From Anthoceros angustus (Eukaryota; Plantae; Anthocerotophyta): a stretch of DNA of 64,000 nucleotides. The translations under genes and the position numbers were made by a program. How positions within the stretch are numbered: the stretch's first letter is position 1; each line of letters begins with the position of its first letter. The notes under the pieces are model-generated. The model was not told where the DNA came from. It searched no databases and worked only from the letters and a program-made list of their open reading frames with translations. Shown one piece after another: positions 1 through 11,087 of this stretch. The stretch is taken from the NCBI GenBank assembly GCA_010909165.1, contig MU008174.1, positions 372,001 to 436,000 of the forward strand. Direction: 5' to 3'.

Positions 1-413
1 TCCTGCGGCAGCTGAATCAGAATCCGTCTCCACCACTCAAGACCCGGAATCTTCCAGTCCTTCTGCCGCCCAAGCCCCAGACCCAGAACCTGAACCTGAA
101 CAGGCAGCCAACTCTTCCCCAGAGGCAGAGGCCACGGCACCAGAGCCAGAACCTGCACAGGCAGCTTCCACTTCCCCAGAGCTAGAGCCAGAGCCAGAGC
201 CAGAACCTGCACAGGCCGCTTACACTTCCCCAGAGCCAGAGCCAGAGCCAGAGCCAGAACCTGCACAGGCAGCTTACACTTCCCCAGAGCCAGAGCCAGA
301 ACCTGCACAGGCCGCTTACACTTCCCCAGAGCCAGAGCCAGAGCCAGAACCTGCACAGGCCGCTTACACTTCCCCAGAGCCAGAGCCAGAACCTGCACAG
401 GCCGCTTACACTT

Positions 414-469
<56 letters not shown>

Positions 470-1102
470 CAGAACCTGCACAGGCAGCTTACACTTCCCC
501 AGAGCCAGAGGCTACGGCCCCAGAGCCAGAACCTGTCTCCTCATTTTCATCAGAGCCAGCAGAAAGTCCCTCTCCAGGTTCCTCAGAGCCCGAAACTCCA
601 CCAGAACCAGCAGTCCCTGCTCTCCCTCCTATCCCCCTTCCCACTCCAGAGTCCCTCACCCAACTGGACGCAACTCTACCGTCCCTGTTGGAGGCGATCA
701 CTCCGGAAGCATCTCCAGAAGCAGTACAGGCTGTGGAGGTATGAACTGTAGCTGGTTACACTGTACAGTGCCTCCTTCCTTTCGTTCCAGGTCTCGACAT
801 TGATGTCGCTTAGCTGTGGTTTTATCATTTTGTCCAGGCAGTGGAGGGAAACGTGAATCCCTTTCTCCCTCTGTTCGGCATCGCTGGAACTGCATGGCTT
901 ACCACCATCTACGGTCTCAATGAGCTCACTGCCGGCACCAAGGTAAGATCTCCATTCCACCCTCCCGCTGTGGTTTTGCCGTAGTACATGTGACCTTACC
1001 GATGCCCATTCCCTTCAACAGTCTCTGGAAAACCCAACTACCTCCGCCGACGAGTCCCAAGATGGAGCAATCAATGGGAAGCCAACCAAATCTGATGAGT
1101 GA
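1..1102 (+). CDS. 3' part of a gene encoding a Pro/Glu/Ala-rich repeat protein with a C-terminal hydrophobic segment (exons <1-738, 838-942, 1022-1102)
   Basis: Open frame reads [18 protein letters not shown]...([14 protein letters not shown])n...EAVQAVE. GT-AG introns 739-837 and 943-1021 join in frame to [35 protein letters not shown] and [26 protein letters not shown]. One 1-nt deletion near 412 (cttcccagag versus cttccccagag) looks like a sequencing error. Confidence 0.7.
141..535 (+). repeat. Coding minisatellite: (CCAGAG)n interspersed with CCAGAACCTGCACAGGC(A/C)GCTTACACTTCC units
   Basis: Directly visible tandem units encoding PE runs and PAQAAYTS. Confidence 0.9.
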
Positions 1103-2100
1103 AGCCTTCAAGTGAAGGCGTCTAGTAGGGTGGTTTGTAGTTGTTAGCAAGTAGGTAACCCGGTGTGTTTCCTCCAGAGCTACACTTTCCTCTGGCTACA
1201 AATTCCTCTTGCCGGTGGGATGGGAATTGAGTAGGTACCCACACAGAGTTAAAATCACGTCTTTTCAATTTTAAAATATTAAAATAGCCCTGTATTTTGT
1301 GGTCATTTACGTTATGTATGCCATTGTAAACATGATATGAACGTCGATAAGTTGAACCTTGACACCCACAAAATAGAGGTGAAGTAATCCCTCTAGCGCA
1401 AACATAGTAACGCGACACACCCGCACTAGTACCTCCAAGTAGAAGAACCTCCAAGTAGAAGAAGAAGAATAATAAGAATTTTATTTAAGTAGACTGCAGT
1501 CCTTCGACCACAAACCACCACCCTGTCACACCCGCACTCGTGCCTCCTATGTAGCCTGCAGTCCTTAGACGACATACCACCACCTTGTTGGTGCTCTACT
1601 ATAGACCTCCAAGTAGCTCGGAGTCCTTATGTTGGGTTCCCATGTAACCCGAACCCAGAAAAACTTGTGTCACATCACACAAACGACAAGGCACATTTAA
1701 GGTGGTCGGCAGGGTTGATCCCCCTGGGTCGGAGAGTTTGAGTGGGTTTGTTTTTAGGTATATTGGATTTCTCTAACCCAGATCATGCATATCTTGGTAA
1801 AGTCCGTTGTAAGCAACATAAGAGTGAGATCAAAGAGTTCTAATAACATGTATACACCTAACTCCAGTACTTAGCCCTCTCAGCGTGACTTGTGTGTCAC
1901 ATCCTGAATGATCCTTATTGTCAAATTCGTGCACGTTCGCATAGTGTGAAATGTTCTTGCCTTACAAATATAGTTTTGTATCATGCATCCAACTAAATGC
2001 AAAAAAATACATGACTCCTCGTTAAGATTCTTAGGATACTTAAGAAAACAAGGAATCTCCGTCTTCTTCTAGTCCATGCCATCAATTGATAGTAGGATAT

Positions 2101-5100
2101 TGTGGCGCGACTTTCGCTGACGGCCAGCCAGGCGCGCACAATCCCGTGTCGTTGTAGTAAGGAGTTCGTTCCCGAGAGAATGATAAGCTCCGTTTGCCGC
2201 GTTTCGACCGATTCTCACCTTACTTTGCGTCCGCTCAACTTTAACACACGCAATCGTCGTTTTGCGTCTAACTACTCATAACGTTCACCGAAAGGCCCGG
2301 TGTGGCCAAACGTTTAAGGACCCGTTTGCGTCCGTATCGTTCCCGCACGTCACTCGTTCCTTTAGTCCGTTCCTCTCATCACCCTCACTACGCTCATCAA
2401 CCTTGGAAAGAGCGAGTAACTGATCCGGACCTCCTCCGTTGCTCAGCGGGCCTCTCGTCCAGACTCTGCACCCTCCGGAGTTCCTCCGGCTCACCGTTCG
2501 GTCGCTCGATCTTTGGGCGGCTCTGGGCGAACCACGGGTCCCCGGTCGCTCTCCCACACACCACCACACGTTAGGGTCCGTCACGGGACCTTGATCGATC
2601 TCTCCGGGTATCGTGCACCTTTCGATGACTCGGGACTCACGTTAGCATGAAGACACACAAGGTGCGCAAGCGGCATCAACACCAAGAAGATGATTTATTG
2701 AGGCGGCCTCGGCCCTCTTATACTCGCCCAAGTCGGCGTCTTTATTACACCCTATTACAGTGGTGGCCAATCACATGTCGACGCCTACCATCCTATTCCT
2801 CCCTCCTATCTCCTTCGGCGGTGGGCACAGGAAGGTCACAGGTTCCGTCTCGGTATTGGTGGTCAATCTCCCGTCACAGCGATTGGCGCACCCAATCGGA
2901 TGATCCGCGGTGGCCCCTTCCTCTTCCGGAATCACAGCCGGGTTGGGCTCGTGGCGGTCGGCGGCCGCCGTTACCACCGCGTCTTCCCCACAGCCCCGGT
3001 GGGTCCCCTCCCGGTAGGGACCGTGGCGCTCCCCCGTAAGTCGGAGGGACTCCTCCTTGCTTCGAGTCAGGACCTCGGGGTCGGTCTCGACTCAGTCTAA
3101 ACTTGAGTCGCCTTATTTCCAGTCGATGCAGGGTCGGTCTCATCTCGGGGTTCGGACCTCGGGGTCCGAACTTATTCGGTCCGGTCCCAAGCTCGGACCC
3201 CTTGTCTGAGACCTCTTCTTGCTAGGCCTCATCCCTACCCAGGCCCTTGTCTTGGGTGGGTTGGCTCTCCTTCGCGCCCTTTCGGGGCCGCCTCTATCCT
3301 CCGGCGGGTTGCGGTGGACTTACCACGAGGTCCGTTGTATTGGCGCGTCCTGCTCCTCCTGAGGCTCTTCTCCCCGTCGTCTCCAAGCAGGGGCCACTAG
3401 GGTCCCGTCTTGTCCCCATGCCTTCATCCCTTGAGCCTTGGGGTCCGTCCATTTGTGGCGCGAGAGGCTTCAATGCCTTAAGGAGCTCGGCGTGGTAGTA
3501 GGCAAAATCCGAGTCAATTTCTTTGGATTGCCTCTTCCACATGTGCCGGAGCACCGATACTCCTTTCGCCATTGGTGCTCAGGGGCGTCTTTGTCCTTCT
3601 TGGACCATCTCCCTGCCGAGTTTGTCGGTGGGCGGGCGAATCTCGCGAGGCCACAAGGGCGCCTCGGTCACCTCCTGCAACCTTGTTATTGCTCCTCCTC
3701 GTTTCGCTCTGCTGCGACTTACGCCATAGTAGCGGCGCTCCTTCCGCCTTCCTTGGACCGGCTTCTTTTGCGTCCGTATCGTTCCCGCGTCACTCGTTCC
3801 TTTAGTCCGTTCCTCTCATCACTCTCACTCGCTCATCAACCTTGGAAAGAGCGAGTAACTGATCCGGACCTCCTCCGTTGCTCAGCGGGCCTCTCCGTCC
3901 AAGACTCTGCACCCTCCGGAGTTCCTCCGGCTCACCGTTCGGTCGCTCGATCTTTGGGCGGCTCTGGGCCGCCTCCTCGCCTCCTGCACACACCACCACC
4001 ACGTTAGGGTCCGTCACGGGACCTTGATCGATCTCTCCGGGTATCGTGCACCTTTCGATGACTCGGGACTCACGTTAGCATGAAGACACACAAAGGTGCG
4101 CAAGCAGCGGCATCAACACCAGAGAAGATGATTTATTGAGGCGACTCGGCCCTCTTATACCGCCCAAGTCGGCGTCTTTATTACACCCTATTACAGTGGT
4201 GGCCAGATGCATGTCGGCTACCATCCTATTCCTCCCTCCTATCTCCTTCGCGGTGGGCACAGGAAGGTCACAGGTTCCGTATTGGTGGTCAATCTCCCGT
4301 CACAGCGATTGCGGCGCGCAATCGGATGATCGCGGGCGACCCTTCCTCTTCCGGAATCACGCGGGTTGGGCTCGGCGGTCGGCGGCCGCCGTTACCACAA
4401 CGTCTTCCCCCAGCTGGCGGTGGGTCCCCTCCCGTGGGGCCATGCTCCCCGGCGTAAGTCGGAGGGACTCCTCCTTGCTAGTCGGACCTCGGGGTCGGTC
4501 TCGACTCGAGTCTAAACTTGAGTCGCCTTATTCGAGTCGGTCTGTGGGTCGGTCTCTCGGGGTTCGGACCTCGGGGTCCGAACTTATTCTGTCGGTCCCA
4601 AGCTCCGGACCCCTTATCTGAGACCTCTTCTTGCTAGGCCCTCATCCCTACCCACCCTTGTCTTGGGTGGGTTGGCTCTCCTTCGCGCCCTTTCGGGGCC
4701 GCCTCTATCCTCCCGGCGGGTTGCGGTGGACTTACCACGAGGTCCGTTGTATTGGCGCGTCCTGCTCCTCCTGAGGCTCTTCTCCCCATTGCCGTCGTCT
4801 CCAAGCAGGGGCCACTAGGGTCCCGTCTTGTCCCCATGCCCTTCATCCCTTGAGCCTTGGGGTCCGTCCGTTTAGGTGAGGCTTCAATGCCTTAAGGAGC
4901 TCGGCGTGGTAGTAGGCAAAATCCAGTCAATTTCTTTGGATTGCCTCTTCCACATGTGCCGGAGCACCGATACTCCTTTAGCCATTGGTGCTCGGAGGTG
5001 GCGTCTTTGTCGACTTCTTGGACCATCTCCCTGCCGAGTTGTCGGTGGGCCGGGCGAATCTCGCGAGGCCACAGGCGCCTCGGTCACCTCCTGCAACGCG

Positions 5101-8100
5101 CTGTTGCTCACTTTGCTCCGGCTCCGTCGTTTCGCTCTGCTGACTTACGCCCAGCGGCGCTCCCTTCCGCCTTGGCGGACGGCGGCTTCTTTTGCGTCCG
5201 GTGCTCTCGCTCCCGTTCATCACGGCCTTTAGCTCGCCATCTCCCTCTCAGGGCGGTGGGCAACTCTGCCCGTGCGTGCTCGAGTCCTTCTCCATTTCGG
5301 CGTCTGCTCCTTGTTCCATCGCCTTACCTCCTCCAGGTCAATTTGGCCGCTCTATCTCGTTCGTGATCGTGATCACGCCTGCAGATACCATTCCGCCAAT
5401 GGTAACTTGGGCTGACTCGAGGTCTCTTCGGTCTTCCATCTCCCCGCCTTGCTCCACCTCGCGCAGTGGAGATCCTCCATCTCCTTGTCGCGGGCTTCCT
5501 TCTCCTCGGCATGGTGGCCCGCACCGCTCCGCCGCCTCTGCTCCGTCTTGAGTTAGCGCGGCTATCCGTCTCCCTCCACGGTTCGATCACGCCGATAGTG
5601 ATCGCGGTCGGTCTTGACTTCCGCCTCCTCGCCTCCTCCTTCCGCCCGGCTTGGTCGGTCGGTAGCCGCCTCGGCCGGTCGCGAGCCTTCTCTTCTTGCC
5701 GGGCCTCCTCTGCCTCTCTGCGCTACCCCTCTCACTGCTGAGGTCTTGACCAGCGCTTGGGCCTCCTGCACCTTGCTCACCCGGTGAAGAATTTAGTCGG
5801 TCTGTCGAATGGACGGACTTCCCTTCGGCCTCCGGCGTTTCCCTTCTTGATGCGGCCGAGGCTTGGCCTTCCTCCTCGCCTCTGGGCGCCTCCAATTGCT
5901 CTGGAGGAGCACCATGCCTCTGGTGGCTTCTACTTCACAGGTCTTCTCGGTTGTCCCCATGAGACCCCAAACTCTGATGATGGCAGGACCGTGTCTCTTC
6001 CACGGCCGCCATTGGTGAGGCCCCAAAAGTCCGTAGTGGGGCGGGCATCTCACGGTCCGCCAAGGACCTCCATCTGATCCGGTGAGTCGGGGCTGGGTTC
6101 TCGGACCTAATCGGGTCCCTTAGGTCTGATTGGGGTCAGGAGCTTCACCCTCCTTGGCCCTCTTGGCATGCCAATTCCTTATTCGCCCTCTCTTAGTCAC
6201 AGGGCTCGGAGGGTGAGGGGTTCGGCGGCCTTGCCTCTCCCGGTCGGCAGGACCGGCTCAGTGGGGTTCTTTTGCGGTGACCTCCACACTCCTTGGGCGT
6301 CCCTTTACGCTCTTCTCACGCCTCTTGACCTCTTGCCACTCCGTGGGCGGGGCAAACCTGAGCACCGTCAGGAGTCTGCGTTGGTGGTGTGCGTCTTCCG
6401 CCTCTTGATTGCGGCCGTTCGTCGGGGCTCCTCTGCTGCTACCCCTCTCCGCTGCGAGGTCTTGACCAGCGCTTGGGCCTCACATGCACCTTGTTGCTCA
6501 CCCGGTGAAGGAATTTAGTCGGTCTGTCGAATGGACGGACTTCCCTTCGGCCTCGGCGTTTCCCTTCTTGATGCGGCCGAGAGCTTCCTTCCTCCTCGCC
6601 TCTGGGCCGCCTCCAATTGCTCTGGAGGAGCACCATGCGCCTCTGGTGGCTTCTACTTCACAGGTCTTCTCGGTTGTCCCCATGAGACCCCAGCATCGTC
6701 CATGGCGGTGGCAGGACCGCCGTGTCTCTTCCACGGCCGCCAGCAGTGAGACCCCAAAAGTCCGTAGTGGGAGGCGGGCATCTCACGGTCCGCCAAGGAC
6801 CTCCATCTGATCGGAGAGTCGGGTGGGCTCCGGACCTAATCGGGTCCCTTAGGTCCCATTGGGGTCGAGCTTCACCCTCCTTGGCCCTCTTGGCATTCCT
6901 TATTCGCCCTCTTAGTCACAGGGCTCGGAGGGTGAGGGGTTCGAGGCGGCCTCTCCCGGTCGGCAGCAGGGCTCGGAGTGGGGTTGCGGTGACCTCACTC
7001 CTTGGCGGCGTCCCTTTACGCTCTTCTCACGCCTCTTGACCTCTTGCCACTCCGTGGGCGGGGCAAACCTGAGCACCGTCAGGAGTCTTTGCGTTGGCGG
7101 TGGCACCGTCTTCCGCCTCTTGATTGCCCAGTTCGTCGGGGCTCCTCTGCCGTTGTGGTGGTGTTTGGTTGTCGTGGGCCGTCTCTGCTGCCTTTGCTCC
7201 GTGAGGCACCGAGAGGAGGCGGGGATATCTTCCACACTTCCCTAGGTGGTGAGGGGTCCGTTCAGACGTATGGTCAGTATCCCTTCGATCGTCCTCCTCC
7301 GGACCCGTTTGGCCCTAGTGGGCCTCTACCTCAGGCGCCTTTGCCGCTCTTCTGGTAGGGCCGCCAGCCTTCCGGGCGCCGCTCTACCTCCCCATCCTTG
7401 AGAGGTCGTAATGTCCCCATACATGGATCGGGTATGGGGATAGTCCGCAGTGGCTTCTCGCTCCTCGGCTTGGGCCTCTGGTGAACTGGCGAAGATGATC
7501 CTTCCCCAGTCGCCCTCTTGCCCCGCTGCAAGCGCATGCAGGAACACCAACAAATTATCACCAAGGTGATCCACCTTGGTGAGCAAGTTCCAGTGGACAA
7601 TGATCCGGGCCACTGCCCTCACCCTTCTGTCCAGCAGGTCCGACATCAACCAGCCGTTGGTTGTCCGCTGCGTTCCGGGCTTCAGCATCGCCGCCCTTGC
7701 TGCCTCTATCTTTCCCCTCGCCTTGAGGGGCTCTGGGACTACGCCCCCAACCTCCTCCGTTGGGCGGTTGTAAGCCGCCCTCAGGACCTCCAAGGTCCAT
7801 CTCCTGGGATCCTCCCGGAGGTTCTTGGACCGAACCTCCTTGTTGGCCGCTGCCAACATCTTCCGGCGAACTCTGACTGGTGACATCACAAACGCCCGCA
7901 TGTACCGAACACGCCAAGTGCCACTCCTCGACCAATCCTTCCGCCTCCTCCATCCCAAAGTCCGGATAGCGCGGGTTACAATGTTGCGCTCTACCGGGTT
8001 CCATGGCTCCCATACCTCCGCAGCCTTTCTGGGTCCCATCGCCTTCTTCTCCTTTCTTCGCCAGGCCGATTGCCCGAGATCGCCGGCACGGCGCGCTCTT

Positions 8101-8704
8101 CACGCGCTCACCGCTCCAACCCCCAACGATGAGCCGCCAAGATGCCTAAGCATTCAAGAGATAGCGCGGAGGCGGGTTGCGGGCGCAAGAGACCGCGAGA
8201 ATTGTCTCGAGGTCGCATGCAGAAATGACCCTCCTCGCTGCTAGTAACTGCCATGGAGGGTGCCTCTTCCTCAGAATCGCGAGGTCCGCATGGCTTACTC
8301 GACCTTACGCCGACGCCTGCCGCTGCCGCACCCGCTGGGCGTGAATACTATAATACACCCGCCTCGGCCTGCCCCGCTCCGCAGATTTCCACTCGGGGCC
8401 GTCCACGTGGTGCCGCTCAGTCTATCTTCACGACTCAACTTCTAAATTACTTTCCCTGGCGTACTTATCCTGTTTTGACCCGGAGTAGGGTCCGGACTTA
8501 TCCGATACTCCCGCAGCACCGTAGCTCGCCGTAGTGGTACCGGGGTCCGTTACCCACTCCGGAGTCCGGAGTATACTCCGGAGCACAGTCCGGAGCACCG
8601 TCCGCGCTTATTCCTCCTTTTCCGCCTTATTTTATTCTTCGGACCTACGAAAAAAACAAAACCCCACTTATTTCCTAACCCCCAAGGGAAGTCCGTAGCC
8701 CACA
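2101..8704 (-). mobile_element. Giant solo-LTR-like element (copy 1) with internal ORF; TGTGG...CCACA termini, 5-bp TSD GATAT
   Basis: TGTGG at 2101 and CCACA ending at 8704. GATAT at 2096-2100 and 8705-8709. Excision restores the host reading frame. There is no internal pair of terminal direct repeats. On the minus strand, TATAAG is at 2717-2722 and AATAAA at 2694-2699. Length is about 4.4 kb once internal duplications are removed. Confidence 0.85.
3294..8039 (-). pseudogene. Frameshifted long ORF of element copy 1: N-terminal conserved domain (DPRRWTLEVLRAAY, RTTNGW, DWGRII), low-complexity linker, Glu/Arg-rich coiled coil, C-terminal IDSDFAYYHAELLK
   Basis: ORF 7326-8039 plus fragments down to 3294. 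Homologous to 51818-54326 (same N- and C-terminal motifs) and more distantly to 11088-14007. Confidence 0.7.
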
Positions 8705-9949
8705 GATATACTTGTGCAATTCAATATAACTCCTACCCCGGTATTTCAACATCTTCACTCGCTTCTCGATCGTGAAGCCGCATACGATGGGCGCCCAAAA
8801 ACGTTCCTTGGACGCCCATCGTGTGCGGCCTTTGGACCTACGAAAACAAAACCCACTTATTTCCTAACCCCCAAGGGAAGTCCGTAGCCCACAGATATAC
8901 TTGTGCAATTCAATATAACTCCTACCCCGGTATTTCAACATCTTCACTCGCTTCTCGATCGTGAAGCCGCATACGATGGGCGCCCAAAAGCGTTCCTTGG
9001 GCGCCGTGTCGGCCTTTCTGGACCTATGTCAAAACACGGTATAGGCGCGGCTGCCCCATTATTCACTACAATGGGATGGGCCGTGGCGGTGCCGTCCTCT
9101 AGGCCCGACAATTGAGGGGCACACCGGTGCCTTCCATCGAGCTGAACCCCTATGGTGACATCTAACAAGGTACTCCTTTCACCATATATTAGGTGATCAT
9201 GCAGGTGAATAGAACCTTTACCCCTGACGGGGATCAACAAGCACAGAAATAAAGATGTCATACTCACTTGACGGTTGTACACTCCGCATATACCAAGGGT
9301 CATGCTTCGCGAGGCATGATCCAAGGCCAAAACAACAAATAGCTGGACAAAAAAAAAAAGAAGAAAAAAAGACATGATCACGTGGTGGGCACTGGCTTGC
9401 TGGCGCCCTCAAGGAAAGAGACTGTGCAGATAAATATGATGGGCAAGCAGCCATCGGAACGTCTTCAGCCATGGCACATCTACGCAGTCTACCTTGATCA
9501 ACTTTCGCTTAGTATTTCTAATGTGCTCTTTAGTCTTACACAGAGCGTACATGCTGAAAACATATTTCACTTTGGAATCTTCACATTGTTGAAGTTTTTT
9601 AGCGTTTAATTCATATGTTTTAAAAGAGCTGTACAAACAAGGGTTTATTTAAGCCTTCAAGGAAAGAAAAGGCTATTCAAAACGACTTTTAAGGGTCCTA
9701 CCTGAGCGCAACTAGAACACCTCTTGGGTGCTTGTGGAACGCAAAAGTTTGGGCCACTAGTTCAAGTTAGTTTGTTTTGGAACAGGTCCAAATTCTTTTG
9801 GTTAGAAATAGTTTGGTGGAAACATGCTGGAACTTTCTTGTTCCTTTTGAAGCCGGAACTATAGGATATTGTCGAGAAGGCAGAGAAGATATGCAATGAA
9901 AAAGAAACGGGTCAAAACGACCTTCTAGTGAGGAGAGAAGGGAACCTAC

Positions 9950-10220
9950 ATGAGCGGTAGGAGATGTGCTACCGTGGTAGGTGGTATCCTACCACCGCAT
10001 GAGAAACTCCTACCACGGTAGGCGCGGGTAGGAGTATAGCCTACCATCATAGGAGAGCGGTCCAGCTAGCATTTTGATCACCTACCGACATAGGAGTAGG
10101 TCCTACCATGGTAAGAGAGGGGTAGAGGGAGCCTACCACTGTAGGACTAACTCCTACCATGGTTGGAGAGGAGGAAAAACTCCTACCGTGGTAGGAGAGT
10201 GTCCTACCACCGTAGGAAAC
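9950..10220. repeat. Array of palindromic CCTACCNNGGTAGG motifs
   Basis: Repeated cctaccacggtagg / cctaccatggtaag / cctaccgtggtagg. The motif recurs at 11016, 12116-12298 and about 13660. Confidence 0.85.
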
Positions 10221-11087
10221 AAGTTACTAAGGAAGGAAGTCTATGTTCTAGGAAGGATAAGCTTGCTATATATGGGGTCTTTTAGTGGCCTAGATAAATA
10301 GACCAAAATAGGAAATTAGGAAAGTAGAGGCTAATTTTCAGCAAATAGAAACAAGGAAAATAGGGGAAATGGTATTTTAGCATAAGGGGACCTAGGAAAC
10401 TAACATCAACGGTGGGAAGGGTGCCACGTGGCACACATCCAAGGGTGCAGGAAAATGGGAGTTACCCTTCTTAACCCCAAGTGTCATACATGATCCGTTG
10501 CATGTGTGTGGAGGAAGCCAATTTTGAAAGTGGAAGACGCCCTCACTACAAGAAGGCGCCGCCACATCGCGAGCTCAAAGAGGCCCCCACACACCATCGC
10601 GCCGTACCCACGCCCGTGCCGAGCTGAAGAAGGAGGGCGCAAGTTGGGCAACGGAGGAGAAAAGTCATCAGGACACCAAGAGGAGGTGCAGGAAGAAAAA
10701 TAGAAAGAAGGAAGGGAAACGAGGTGCAAGAAGCAAACCACACCTCCCTAACTTTGCAAGAGCGATAGAAAGGGTGGGGCGTGGCAGGATTGCAAGGAGA
10801 TTATGAAGGAAGAGCTTCCAAATTGTTGTGGCAAGTGTAAGAGTCCGTGAGGTACTTTGGAGGAGGATTCCGTTTCAAGTCACAACAGGAGGAGTTGGGG
10901 TTTGGAAGAGCCAAGGTGTAAGGGCCAAGTGATTGAGAGCAAGAGCAAGGCCCAAGGCATGGTGAACAGGTGCAAAATGCCAAGAAGAAAGAACGCCTAC
11001 CGTGGTAGGAAGCTAGCAAGTGGTGTAAGAGTTACAAGAGAAGCACTCATTTTCCTCAATTTTGTGCAGGAACTCAACAAGGAAGCC

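Larger units (their letters stand above)
1880..9732 (-). pseudogene. Decayed DUF7869-type (Sola-like DDE) transposase, split by the 2101-8704 insertion; probably continues beyond 15218
   Basis: Removing 2101-8704 plus one TSD copy restores the frame KMLKYRGRSYIELHKYILLSIDGMD*KKTEIPCFLKYPKNLNEESCIFLHLVGCMIQNYICKARTFHTMRTCTNLTIRIIQDV. The IDGMD(Q)...HxxG...NLTI pattern matches my recollection of DUF7869/Sola-like transposases. Confidence 0.55.

Noticed and set aside
182-481. Minus-strand LALALA/WLWLW ORF
   Set aside because: It is the antisense shadow of the plus-strand Pro-Glu repeat exon.
2087-2100. TGATAGTAGGATAT, identical to 14198-14211, considered as a shared LTR terminus
   Set aside because: At 2087 it is host transposase coding sequence plus the TSD. 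The true terminus is 2101 (perfect TSD, frame restoration), so the match is most likely coincidental.
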